Source of the DNA: Caldisericota bacterium
GTDB taxonomy: Bacteria; Caldisericota; JANLFM01
DNA: 64,000 nt
Assembly (NCBI GenBank): GCA_024655865.1
Contig: JANLFM010000004.1
Location: forward strand, 19,040 to 83,039
Reading direction: 5' to 3'
Within the stretch, counting starts at the first letter, position 1; each line of letters begins with the position of its first letter. The notes under the pieces are model-generated. The model was given only the letters and a program-made list of their open reading frames with translations, ran no database searches and had not been told where the DNA came from. Below, piece by piece: positions 27,511 through 36,687 of this stretch. The translations under genes and the position numbers were made by a program.

Positions 27511-29154
27511 TCAGTTCGACCTATTCGCTTTTCTGATGCGCTGAAGAACACCCATCAGCTTATCTCTTCCTCGTTTTAAATATCCCAGGTAGCGGTTCAC
27601 TTCCTCGATTTTCATGATCCAGGAAAGGAGGGCGTAGATGAGAACTCCCAATCCGCAGACTATGGCGAGTATGGTGAGTTTCACCCAGAAGTTTTGGGGG
27701 TGAAGCCAGGCCAGAGCTCCTTGCCAGAGGAAGTAAACCGCAGCCCCCATTAGCAAGGAGGCCGCAGTCATCTTAACAAGCTCCAGGAATGGTCCCTCAA
27801 GGATGCTCTGGCCCACTTTCTTCCTGAGGAGGACGAAAAGAAGAATGAAGTTCAAGAAGGCAGCGAGCGACGTGGCTAAGGCGATTCCTGATGCTCCCAT
27901 TACCCGGGAGAGCGCCAGGTTCAGGAGGATGTTTACCGCCACAACCAGAAACCCCAACTTCATGGGGGTCACGGTGTCGCGCAGACTAATGAAGGCGTTA
28001 CTCAAGAGAGCGTTCCCGCCGTGAGCGAAAAGACCCAGGGAATAAAAGGCTAAAGCTCCAGAAGTAAGCAGGGTGTCCTCGGCGGTAAAAGCCCCGTGCT
28101 GGTAAATAGCCGCAATTATCGGGCTGGAAAGAAAAATCAGGCCCGCTGTGCTGGGAAGAATAACGAACCAGAGGGCCTGAAGTCCCCGGGAGAGGGAACG
28201 TTTGAAATCCCCCATGGCGTTTTTGGCTACATGGAGGGAAAGGGTGGGGTAAATGGCCGTGGCCACGTTGGCGATGAACATTCCCTGGGGAATGCCCATG
28301 ATTTTGGAAGCGTAATTCAAGGCGGAAATTGAAGCCTCAGGAAGGCCGGAGGCGATTGCCCTATCCACAAGCAGGTTCAAAAGCCCCGCGGAACTGCCAA
28401 TAACGATAGGGATCACCATCTTAAAGACCAGGGAGAGGTTGGGATCGCGCCAGTTGAGGTTAATCTTCAAATAGGGCTTGCGGGCAAAAAGCCCTCCTCC
28501 CACGATCAGGAACTGGAAAATTACCGCCCCCAGGGAGCCGATGATTAGGCTGACAATTCCACTCTTAGAGGAGAGGAGAACCACTGCCAGAATCAGGAAG
28601 ACGTTATTCAAAAGGGCGGCGGCCGCCGGGAGGAGAAAATGCTGGTAGGCATTGAGCACCGCAGTGAATAGCCCCAGGAGCGTTCCTAAAAATATTGTGG
28701 GGATCATGTATTTTACCAGCCAGCTCGCTAACTCCTGCTCGCTGGGACCGAAGCCGGGAGCCATGATCCTGGTCACTGGTCCAGCAAAGAAATAGATTAA
28801 AAGGGAAATTAAAATTAAAAGCAGGGCCAAAAGGGAGAAAATCTTAGAAGTTAGCTCCCAGGCGGATTTTTCACCGCTCAATTCCTTCACGCGCACGAAG
28901 ACCGGGATGAAGGCGGAAATGATTGCTCCGGCGATGATCGTGCCGAAGACGTTGGGCAAAATCTGGGAGACAAAGAAAGCATCGGTAATCCTGGAGGCCC
29001 CGAAGAAGTCCGCAATCACGATCTCCCTCAAAAGCCCCAGGGGCTTTGAGATTATGGAGATAATCGTGAGAAGTAAAGCTGCCTGAGCCGCGGTTTGCTT
29101 CTTCAAAAATGACAGGATGTTTGCGCCTCTACTACCTGCCGCCTCGGTTTTCAA
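27511..29154 (-). CDS. murJ: Lipid II flippase MurJ/MviN
   Basis: About 14 TM helices with an MviN-like N-terminus (LLREIVIADFFGAS). Confidence 0.8.
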   Translation of the reverse strand: MKTEAAGSRGANILSFLKKQTAAQAALLLTIISIISKPLGLLREIVIADFFGASRITDAFFVSQILPNVFGTIIAGAIISAFIPVFVRVKELSGEKSAWELTSKIFSLLALLLILISLLIYFFAGPVTRIMAPGFGPSEQELASWLVKYMIPTIFLGTLLGLFTAVLNAYQHFLLPAAAALLNNVFLILAVVLLSSKSGIVSLIIGSLGAVIFQFLIVGGGLFARKPYLKINLNWRDPNLSLVFKMVIPIVIGSSAGLLNLLVDRAIASGLPEASISALNYASKIMGIPQGMFIANVATAIYPTLSLHVAKNAMGDFKRSLSRGLQALWFVILPSTAGLIFLSSPIIAAIYQHGAFTAEDTLLTSGALAFYSLGLFAHGGNALLSNAFISLRDTVTPMKLGFLVVAVNILLNLALSRVMGASGIALATSLAAFLNFILLFVLLRKKVGQSILEGPFLELVKMTAASLLMGAAVYFLWQGALAWLHPQNFWVKLTILAIVCGLGVLIYALLSWIMKIEEVNRYLGYLKRGRDKLMGVLQRIRKANRSN

Positions 29155-29160
29155 AGAAAC

Positions 29161-30504
29161 TTATCCTCGCTTTAAAAGTTCTAAAAGCTGTGATGTTTTT
29201 TTCTTCAAGAGTTCCTCGTTCAGCGCTTCCACGTTCAACCGCACCAGGGGTTCAGTCTGGGAAGGTCGAAGGTTGAAGCGCCACTCTGGATATTCTACTG
29301 AGACCCCATCCAGAAAGGATGCCTCCCCATCGGAAAATGCCTCCCGGACTTTTAAAAGGAGTTTTCCTGGATCCTCCACCCGGATGTTGATCTCTCCCGA
29401 GATGAAATATTTTGATTTTAAGGGTTGAACGAGCTGGGACATCTTCATTCCCCGGACGCTCAAAAGCTCCAGAATTAAAAGGGCGGGGATCATGCCGTTA
29501 TCCGCATAAAAGTTATCCCGGAAATAATAGTGCCCGGAGGCTTCTCCTCCAAAAATGGCGTTCTCCTGGCGCATTCTAGCTTTAATGAAGGAATGCCCTG
29601 CCCTATTTAAGAGGGGGATTCCCTTATTTTTCCTCGCTGTCTCCAGGTTTGCCCAGACCAGGCGATTGTCGAAAATCACCTTTTCTCCCGGATGCTTTCT
29701 CAAAATAGCTTCGATCAGCAAAGCTGTAACGTAATAGCCCTCCACAAATTCCCCTTGATCATCGATGAAGAAGCAGCGATCAGCGTCCCCGTCCCAGGCA
29801 ATACCTAAATCGGCCTTCTTTTCAAGCACCGCCTTAACGATCTCTTCCCGGTTTTCTGGAAGCAGGGGGTTGGGCTCGTGCGCGGGGAAGCGCCCATCGG
29901 GGGTAAAGTTCAAGGGGATGATCTCAATCTGGGGAAGGGAGGAAAAAATGTGTCGGGCCAAAACTCCCGCCACCCCACTTCCTGCGTCCATAACCACCTT
30001 CATAGGCCGGACGAGATCGGGTCCAATAAAGGAGAGCACGTGACTGGCATAATCCTGGTAAATGTCCCTTCTTTTTAATTCCGGGGGAGGATAAGGCTGA
30101 AATTCGATCTGGTCGTACAGGGAGCTGAGCTCAGGCAATCCGGAATCCCCGCTCAGGGGGATCACGTTCTCCTTGAGCAGCTTAAATCCGTTGTACTCTG
30201 CGGGATTATGGGAGGCGGTGACCATGCAGGCTCCCTGGTATCCGTAATAACCCAGGGCGAAATAGACCATATCGGTGGAGACCATCCCGGCGTGCGTAAC
30301 CTGGCAATTTTCCTTTAGGGCTCCAGCGGAGAAGGCCTCACTTAAAGAAGGGGAGGAGAGCCGGGCGTCGTGGCCGATGACCAGCTCCTTGAGGCCCAGC
30401 AGGCGAGCGAAGGCCCGGCCGATCCGGTAGGCTTTTTTCTCATCCAGCTCCTGAGGATAAACCCCCCTGATGTCATAGGCCTTGAAGATCCCCTCCATTT
30501 TCAC
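29161..30504 (-). CDS. Phosphomannomutase/phosphoglucomutase
   Basis: Carries the TASHNP active-site loop and GIFKAYDIRG. Confidence 0.85.
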   Translation of the reverse strand: MKMEGIFKAYDIRGVYPQELDEKKAYRIGRAFARLLGLKELVIGHDARLSSPSLSEAFSAGALKENCQVTHAGMVSTDMVYFALGYYGYQGACMVTASHNPAEYNGFKLLKENVIPLSGDSGLPELSSLYDQIEFQPYPPPELKRRDIYQDYASHVLSFIGPDLVRPMKVVMDAGSGVAGVLARHIFSSLPQIEIIPLNFTPDGRFPAHEPNPLLPENREEIVKAVLEKKADLGIAWDGDADRCFFIDDQGEFVEGYYVTALLIEAILRKHPGEKVIFDNRLVWANLETARKNKGIPLLNRAGHSFIKARMRQENAIFGGEASGHYYFRDNFYADNGMIPALLILELLSVRGMKMSQLVQPLKSKYFISGEINIRVEDPGKLLLKVREAFSDGEASFLDGVSVEYPEWRFNLRPSQTEPLVRLNVEALNEELLKKKTSQLLELLKRG

Positions 30505-31826
30505 AGCCTCCAGATATTCCCCTCGAGGCCGCGGAAAGCGTTCCTGGTATCCACGATCAGCTTGCTCTCCCTGGCGATTTCAGGATAGGGAAAGGCCCTG
30601 TGGGCAGTAAGGAGAAGGACACAGTCCGCATTTTTCCAGGGTTTCTCAGAAAGGGAAAGTGAGCTCATAGTTTGATCCTCTATCTCTAATGAAGGGACCA
30701 GGGGGTCACAGTATTTCACCTGTGCTTCCCGCTCCTTAAGCAAGGGGATAATCTTCAGGGCCGGGGATTCCCGCAAATCGCTGATATCCTGTTTGTAGGA
30801 GACCCCTAACACCAGGATCCTGCTCCCTTTAAGGGGCTTCCCTTCCTTATTCAAGGCTTCGGCCACCAGATCCACCACAAAGTAGGGCATAGAATCGTTG
30901 ATCTCCCCCGCGAGCTCCACGAACCTTAAATTAAAATCGTAGGCTCGGGCTTTCCAGGAAAGGTAGAAGGGGTCAATGGGGATACAATGTCCCCCCATTC
31001 CCGGGCCGGGGTAGAAAGGGGTGAAGCCGTAGGGCTTGGTGGAGGCTGCTTCGATCACTTCCCAGATGTTGACCTTCATCCTCCTTGAGAGCTGGGCCAG
31101 CTCGTTTACCAGAGAGATATTTACCACGCGGTAGGTGTTCTCCAAAAGTTTTGTCATCTCTGCCACTCGGGGAGAGGAAACGGGAACCACGCGCTCCACG
31201 ATGGTGCTCAAAAGATAGGCCGTAAGCTCGGTACAGGCAGGGGTTACCCCGCCCACCACCTTGGGCGTATTGCGTATGCCGTAGGCTTTATTCCCGGGAT
31301 CGACCCTCTCCGGAGAAAAAGCCAGGTAAAAATGCATCCCAACTTTCCTTCCTCCTTTTTGAAGGAGTGGTAAAAGAATCTCCTCTGTCGTCCCGGGATA
31401 TGTGGTTGAGACCAGAACCACAAGCTCCCCTAATTTCAGGTATCGGGCGACCGATTTGCCCGCGGCGATAACAAAGGAGAGGTCGGGTTCCCTATTTTGG
31501 GTAAGCGGGGTGGGGACACAGACGAAAACAGCATCGGCACCGGCAAGGGCTTCACTTTCCCTGGTCGTGGCGGTAAATTCCTTCTTTAGCGCGTGCTCTA
31601 CCTCCAGGGAAGGGATGTCGTCCACATAGCTTTTCCCTTCATTAAGAACCTTCACTTTCTTAAGATCTTTGTCCAGCCCGGAAACAGGGAAGCCCTCCTC
31701 GGCAAAGGCCAGGGCCAGGGGCAATCCCACGTATCCCAGACCGATCACCGCTATCCTGTACTCCCTTTTTTCAATTCTCCTTTTCAGCTCCGAGACGTTG
31801 TCCATTTTTTTCCTTTCACACATCAA
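30501..31826 (-). CDS. Nucleotide-sugar 6-dehydrogenase (UDP-glucose/UDP-ManNAc dehydrogenase family)
   Basis: Carries IAVIGLGYVGLPLA and the catalytic GGHCIP motif. Confidence 0.85.
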   Translation of the reverse strand: MMCERKKMDNVSELKRRIEKREYRIAVIGLGYVGLPLALAFAEEGFPVSGLDKDLKKVKVLNEGKSYVDDIPSLEVEHALKKEFTATTRESEALAGADAVFVCVPTPLTQNREPDLSFVIAAGKSVARYLKLGELVVLVSTTYPGTTEEILLPLLQKGGRKVGMHFYLAFSPERVDPGNKAYGIRNTPKVVGGVTPACTELTAYLLSTIVERVVPVSSPRVAEMTKLLENTYRVVNISLVNELAQLSRRMKVNIWEVIEAASTKPYGFTPFYPGPGMGGHCIPIDPFYLSWKARAYDFNLRFVELAGEINDSMPYFVVDLVAEALNKEGKPLKGSRILVLGVSYKQDISDLRESPALKIIPLLKEREAQVKYCDPLVPSLEIEDQTMSSLSLSEKPWKNADCVLLLTAHRAFPYPEIARESKLIVDTRNAFRGLEGNIWRL

Positions 31827-32250
31827 AAATTACTCGTATTTTCCAGAACCGCCCTTCCTTAAAGATTTTAAGGTTGTAATAAGTAGCGGCCTTAATAGGA
31901 ATTCCAGGTGTATGTCTCTTTAAGGAAAAACGCTCCCCTAAAAGCTCCGCCTTGAGGCTCCTCTTCCCCAACTTCGAGATCCGGATCTCTCCTACAGCGA
32001 AGCGTTGAGCATCAAAGAGGAAGATAATCTCGTTGAGGAAATTCACAAACAGGGACTCCCGATCCGGTTCTTTGAGCTCCACAATTCTTTTAGAGAGGCG
32101 CCGCACCTTACCCCGCACCAGGAGCGAGGACACAGCTAAAGCTGAGGTTTGAAAGGCCTCCTTTAGCGTTCGGGCAGTAATTAAAAGCCCCATGTCCGCA
32201 GTATGGGGAATAATTTCTACTTTCATAATTCCAATTTTAGCAAATGGCAT
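31816..32250 (-). CDS. Archease (RtcB activator); likely start at MKVEIIPHTAD
   Basis: Has the HTADMG motif and is ~140 aa. Confidence 0.65.
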   Translation of the reverse strand: MPFAKIGIMKVEIIPHTADMGLLITARTLKEAFQTSALAVSSLLVRGKVRRLSKRIVELKEPDRESLFVNFLNEIIFLFDAQRFAVGEIRISKLGKRSLKAELLGERFSLKRHTPGIPIKAATYYNLKIFKEGRFWKIRVIFDV

Positions 32251-32310
32251 TAAAAAATACTCTGGGGCTCATGTGGTAAAATATAGCTGGCGGAAGGAGG
32301 AAAAATCCGG

Positions 32311-32946
32311 TTGAACAACGTGATTCAAGAAATGGAAAGTGCGCTTATGCGCATTAAATCTGTTTTGGGGGCCAAAATTGTCACGGACCAAAAAGGGGAG
32401 ATCGTGGAAGTTCACGTCCTGGCAACAGACCAGAGAAACCCAAAACAGGTGGTCAGGGATGTCGAGTCCACCCTGCTCGTGAAATTCGGAAGAAAAGTGG
32501 ATCACAAAAAAATCGGGGTTGTCCAGCAGAGCGAGAGGGAAGCGGAACATCCTCTGGAAGGAAGGCTGAAGTTTGTGGGGATTAGCACCATGCCCGGGGA
32601 GCAGAACTTCTTCGAAGTCATCCTTAGGGACCCCTCGGGAGTAGAGCATCCCGGACAGGCCTTCATCCGCGACCCCTTGCAGAGACTCCAGGCTATCGGG
32701 CAGGCCGCGATCACCGCCGTAAACCACTTCCTGAATCAGGAAAGGCTGCACCTCCAGGAGGTTTATGTGCTCAAGACCGTGGAACTGCCCTTCGTTGTTT
32801 CCTCGGTTCTTTACCGTGGAAAAAAGGGGAACCTGGTATTGGCCGGCGCGGCACCTGTCCGAGGAAGCGAGGAGGAAGCAGCAGTGAAGAGCGTTCTGAG
32901 CGCTATTAACCGCTTGCTCCCCAAGATCGTGGAGGGAGAAGTTTAA
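32311..32946 (+). CDS. Hypothetical protein with a two-fold internal repeat
   Basis: Long ORF with coding-like composition. I recognise no family. Confidence 0.4.
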   Translation: MNNVIQEMESALMRIKSVLGAKIVTDQKGEIVEVHVLATDQRNPKQVVRDVESTLLVKFGRKVDHKKIGVVQQSEREAEHPLEGRLKFVGISTMPGEQNFFEVILRDPSGVEHPGQAFIRDPLQRLQAIGQAAITAVNHFLNQERLHLQEVYVLKTVELPFVVSSVLYRGKKGNLVLAGAAPVRGSEEEAAVKSVLSAINRLLPKIVEGEV

Positions 32947-32997
32947 AATTTTTCGAAAAATTTACCCCTTGACCTGAATCCTCTATAATCTTTTTTC

Positions 32998-33201
32998 GGA
33001 CGGCGCATTCTGAAGCGGGAAACTCCCTTGAGCGGAGCGCTTGTTTGGAGAACAAATGAGTGCGAAAGGGGGTATCCCCATGAGACGCTGGTTAACGAGA
33101 GCTCTGTGGTTTGTAGCCACCATCGCTTCCTTGATCCTGGCATCCGGAGCGGACGTAAAGTGGGGCGGCAGGTAGCGAACGCCTGAGGGGAGTGCGCCGT
33201 C
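32998..33201 (+). ncRNA. ~205-nt structured leader closed by a perfect 9-bp long-range helix (GACGGCGCA...UGCGCCGUC) downstream of a TTTACC-17-TATAAT promoter; class unknown
   Basis: Read directly: the -10 TATAAT sits at 32984-32989. The stem halves are at 32999-33007 and 33193-33201, extendable to ~15 bp with one mismatch. Confidence 0.3.
33080..33175 (+). CDS. Candidate 31-aa single-TM micro-protein (MRRWLTRALWFVATIASLILASGADVKWGGR) inside the leader
   Basis: The RBS AAAGGGGG lies 7 nt upstream of the ATG. The core is hydrophobic and the ORF is fully enclosed by the long-range stem. Confidence 0.3.
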   Translation: MRRWLTRALWFVATIASLILASGADVKWGGR

Positions 33202-33211
33202 TAATAAAAGG

Positions 33212-34453
33212 ATGAAAAAAGAATTTCCAAAAGGCCTAAAGGTCTATCTGGCGCTGATCATCACAGGGGGTTCTGCTGCCCTCTATCTTACTTTCCCTTA
33301 CTGGCACGCAACTCTTATCTGGGATTATCTAATCTTTGCCCTCATCAGCTATTTTGCCTATATTCTTCTCGTCAAACTTCCAAAGCTCAACGCATACCTT
33401 TCCGTGGCCTCCCACATGAACTTCGCAGCACTTTTCCTCTTCGGTCCCTTCGCCATCTGGATCCCTGCTCTAACCGGGGCTCTCCCGGATAGCCTCCCCT
33501 TAAAGAAACCCTACATTTACCTCTTCAACGGAGCTCAGTTCGCCCTCTCCTACGGCCTGGCGGCCCTGACTTATTACGGCGCCGGAGGAACTGCCCTCTC
33601 TTTATCTTTTGCGGTTCCCATAAAAACCATCCTCCCCGCTCTCCTGAGCGGATTAGTTTATTCCTTAGTCAATGTCGGCCTGACTGCAGGAGCGATCTCC
33701 TTTGACCAGGGGCCTTTTGTTAAGGTTTTCTGGAACGTCATCAAGTGGGAATTCCCCAACATGCTGATCGCCGTCCCCTTCGCCCTCTTTCTGGCCTACA
33801 TCTTCACCCAGTTAGGCTATCTGGGACTGGCGATCCTCTTTTTCCCCCTGCTCGCCTCCCGCTATATCTTCCAGGCCTACATTCGTATTCAGGAAACCTA
33901 TTCCGAGACCGTCCGTGCCCTGATGGCCACGGTGGACAAAAAGTTCGGGCAGCCCGGCCGCAACCAGAAGGTCTACCAGTACGCGCTCCAGGTTAGCCAG
34001 AGTCTGGGTCTTTCCCCGGAGGAAGCTGAAATTTTAGGATATGCCAGCTACTTACGCCACATTGGATTAATAGGGATTGAAAACAGCATGCTGGAGTTCA
34101 CCCTTTCCCAGCCCATCTGGTCTTCGAGCCCCATAGTCGTTAATGCCTTACTTGCTGGCTCTCAGATCTTGGAGCGGACCGAGACTTTGAAAAGGGCCGC
34201 CCCCTTCATCCGGCTACACCATGAAAAATGGGATGGAACTGGCCCCTGGGGTTTGAAGGAGGAGCAAATTCCTCTCGGGGCGCGCATTATCTCCGCCTGT
34301 GAATTCCTGGAGGAATTAGAATACCGTGGAAGTAAAAGGGAGGAAATTTTGAAACACTTGAGGGAAAGGAGCGGAAAGCATTATGATCCCCGCGTGGTGC
34401 AGGCTCTTATTTCCCTTCTGGAAAAGGAGAGAGATGAACAGAAAACTTCTTAA
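33212..34453 (+). CDS. 7TM-receptor-fused HD-GYP-like domain protein (degenerate: HHEKWDGTGPW)
   Basis: An N-terminal polytopic domain is followed by a C-terminal HD-type domain with the LRHIG...HHEKWDG motif. Confidence 0.7.
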   Translation: MKKEFPKGLKVYLALIITGGSAALYLTFPYWHATLIWDYLIFALISYFAYILLVKLPKLNAYLSVASHMNFAALFLFGPFAIWIPALTGALPDSLPLKKPYIYLFNGAQFALSYGLAALTYYGAGGTALSLSFAVPIKTILPALLSGLVYSLVNVGLTAGAISFDQGPFVKVFWNVIKWEFPNMLIAVPFALFLAYIFTQLGYLGLAILFFPLLASRYIFQAYIRIQETYSETVRALMATVDKKFGQPGRNQKVYQYALQVSQSLGLSPEEAEILGYASYLRHIGLIGIENSMLEFTLSQPIWSSSPIVVNALLAGSQILERTETLKRAAPFIRLHHEKWDGTGPWGLKEEQIPLGARIISACEFLEELEYRGSKREEILKHLRERSGKHYDPRVVQALISLLEKERDEQKTS

Positions 34454-35705
34454 TTACCTTTTAATTCTCTCCCCGGCACTTTTAATCTCCGGGTGGTACG
34501 CATTTTCTCTTGACCCGGGCTCTTTTTTGGGGGTCGTGCCCTTAGCGGTTTTGGCTTTCCTTTTGCGTTCTCTGGAAGTCTCCTATTTTGGGGAAGTGAT
34601 TTCCCCCGCAAGCGCCGTCACCCTAACTTCCCTTTTTCTTTTCCCCGCTCCCCAGGCCCTTGTGGTTCTCTTTGCCTCTCTTCTTGGAGGCCTTGCTTTT
34701 CTCCGCTTTTCTCACATCCAAGAGGACGGTTTCCTGAAATCCATAGCCTCCGAACTGGGCGGTTTCCTTGGGGCTTTGCTCCTCTATCGCCTATATTTCT
34801 CATCCCAGTTAATTGGCATCTCGTTAAGCACGTATTCGCCATCTCTTCTCTTGGCCCTGGGGGCCGTCTTTGGGGGATATGCTCTTACCTCCAGTATCCT
34901 TTCTCTCATTAGCTCATTTGTCCTCCGCACCAACTTAAGGGATACCCTGAGAGTGCAGCTTTCTCCTTTCTATTTCGGCCTCTATTTCGTTCTGGGAGTG
35001 AGCCTGCTCCTCCTCGTCCCCACATATTCCGCCTTTGGCGTTTTGGGTTTCCTTTTGGGCTTGATTCCCCTGTGCGTATTTTTCTTCGCCTCCAAGCTCT
35101 ACTTTCACACTCAGGAGGTTTACCGTCAGTCCCTGCGCTCGCTGGTGGGAGTGATCGAAGCTATGGACCCCTACACGCACGGCCATTCCGACCGGGTGGC
35201 CCTCATCTCCCTGGAAATTGGGAAGAGGATGCCTTTATCCCAGTCAAGGTTGCAGCTTTTGGAATACGCCGCCTACTTGCACGACATGGGCAAGGTCTCC
35301 ATCGATCCCGCCATCCTGCGCAAACCGGAGGCCCTTTCCGAGGAGGAGTGGAAAATAATCAGATCCCACCCTGAGGATGGGGTAGAGATCCTGCGAAACG
35401 TGAAATTCCTCAAGCCCATCCTGCCCTGGATCGAGCATCATCATGAGAAGGCCAACGGTACCGGTTACCCCTCGGCTCTCCCCTTAAAGAAAATTCCCCT
35501 GGAAGCCCGAATTATCACCCTGGCCGATGCCTTTGACGCCATGATCTCCAATCGCCCTTATCGCCCTGCCCTGACGGTGGAGGAGGCGAAAAGGGAGATC
35601 GAGAGGAACACGGGTTCCCAGTTCGACCCCATCCTGGTGAAAAAGTTCCAGCGCCTCATAAAGAAAAAGGACTTTGTTCGGACGCTGGGCTTCCCCAAGC
35701 GGTGA
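34434..35705 (+). CDS. 7TM-receptor-fused HD-GYP c-di-GMP phosphodiesterase
   Basis: Carries HGHSDRV...YLHDMGK...HHEKANGTGYP, the canonical HD-GYP motif. The N-terminal ~250 aa are polytopic. Confidence 0.8.
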   Translation: MNRKLLNYLLILSPALLISGWYAFSLDPGSFLGVVPLAVLAFLLRSLEVSYFGEVISPASAVTLTSLFLFPAPQALVVLFASLLGGLAFLRFSHIQEDGFLKSIASELGGFLGALLLYRLYFSSQLIGISLSTYSPSLLLALGAVFGGYALTSSILSLISSFVLRTNLRDTLRVQLSPFYFGLYFVLGVSLLLLVPTYSAFGVLGFLLGLIPLCVFFFASKLYFHTQEVYRQSLRSLVGVIEAMDPYTHGHSDRVALISLEIGKRMPLSQSRLQLLEYAAYLHDMGKVSIDPAILRKPEALSEEEWKIIRSHPEDGVEILRNVKFLKPILPWIEHHHEKANGTGYPSALPLKKIPLEARIITLADAFDAMISNRPYRPALTVEEAKREIERNTGSQFDPILVKKFQRLIKKKDFVRTLGFPKR

Positions 35706-35833
35706 CAACATTCTGGGGCTTGCAAAATTGAGCTAAAGGATTAAAATACGAAAAATTTACCCTTATGGAGGTGAAAATAACTTGGGCCAGAAGAAAAAAT
35801 GCGGCCGCCTTCAGGGGGGTAATATTTCCTTAC

Positions 35834-35857
35834 GAGCCTCTCGAGGCTCTTTTTTTA
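35834..35857 (+). terminator. GC hairpin GAGCCTctcgAGGCTC plus T7 in the leader of the pyr operon (possible attenuator)
   Basis: Read directly. It lies 37 nt upstream of the pyrK start. Confidence 0.4.
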
Positions 35858-35894
35858 TGCCCTCGGGCTTCAGGGTGAACCCCGGAGGTGAGCT

Positions 35895-36665
35895 TTGAAC
35901 TCCGTAATTCAGGCGCGGATCGTAAAAAAAGATAACCTCTCTGGGGAGATTTTCCATATGGTTTTGGAAACCGAGATTCCCCTTCAGAGTTTGCCCGGCC
36001 AATTCCTCAGGCTTTCTCTGCCCGGAATCCTCGATCCCTTCATTCCACGCCCCTTTCTCATTTTCAGGGAGCACGGTCCTGTTGTAGAAATAGTCTTTAA
36101 CATGCGCGGAAAGTTCACCCGGATGCTTTCTCAAATGGAACCCGGGCAACCTCTGGAATTACATGGCCCTCTGGGAAAGCCATTTTTCCTTCCAGATGCC
36201 GAAAGCTATCTTTTAGTGGGAGGAGGGACAGGAGCAGTTTTCTTCTCCCGCTACCTCCAGGACCTTCAGGAAAAACGGCACCTTTTCCTCCTCGGTTCTC
36301 GGAACAGTTCCACTAACTGGTTCTCCCTTTTCTATCCAGCCGAGAACGTCCTCCTTGTAACTGAGGACGCCTCCGCCGGTTTAAAGGGGACAATTCTGGA
36401 CTACCTTCCGAAAACAGTGAGGGATTTTAAACCTGCTCTTATTCTGGCAAGCGGCCCCCTTTCCCTGCTTAAGGGAATCGCCTCTCTCCTTGAGGACGAC
36501 CATACTCCTCTGTGGATAGTTTTAGAGGAGATGATGGGGTGCGGAGTAGGAATTTGCTTGAGCTGCGCCATTACTTTACGCGGGGAAGAGGGCCTGCGTA
36601 AGGCTTGCCTCTGCCGCGAAGGCCTGGTCTGGAAGGCAAAGGAGGTGATCCTTCCTGAACCTTGA
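35895..36665 (+). CDS. pyrK: Dihydroorotate dehydrogenase electron-transfer subunit
   Basis: FAD/NAD-binding fold with the C-terminal CGVGICLSC...C 2Fe-2S motif. A TTG start follows the GGAGGTG RBS. Confidence 0.85.
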   Translation: MNSVIQARIVKKDNLSGEIFHMVLETEIPLQSLPGQFLRLSLPGILDPFIPRPFLIFREHGPVVEIVFNMRGKFTRMLSQMEPGQPLELHGPLGKPFFLPDAESYLLVGGGTGAVFFSRYLQDLQEKRHLFLLGSRNSSTNWFSLFYPAENVLLVTEDASAGLKGTILDYLPKTVRDFKPALILASGPLSLLKGIASLLEDDHTPLWIVLEEMMGCGVGICLSCAITLRGEEGLRKACLCREGLVWKAKEVILPEP

Positions 36666-36687
36666 AACTCGCCTGGGAAAATTAATT

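Noticed and set aside
32269-32751. 160-aa minus-strand ORF overlapping hypothetical gene 32311-32946
   Set aside because: The two are mutually exclusive. The plus-strand ORF is longer and has a two-fold repeat. It is kept only as a low-confidence hypothetical protein.
33120-33200. TPP riboswitch-like segment (CCUUGAUCCUGGCAUCCGGAGCGGA … CUGAGG)
   Set aside because: The motif order is opposite to the TPP aptamer (CUGAGA must precede the pyrophosphate helix), and the conserved P1/P2 are absent.
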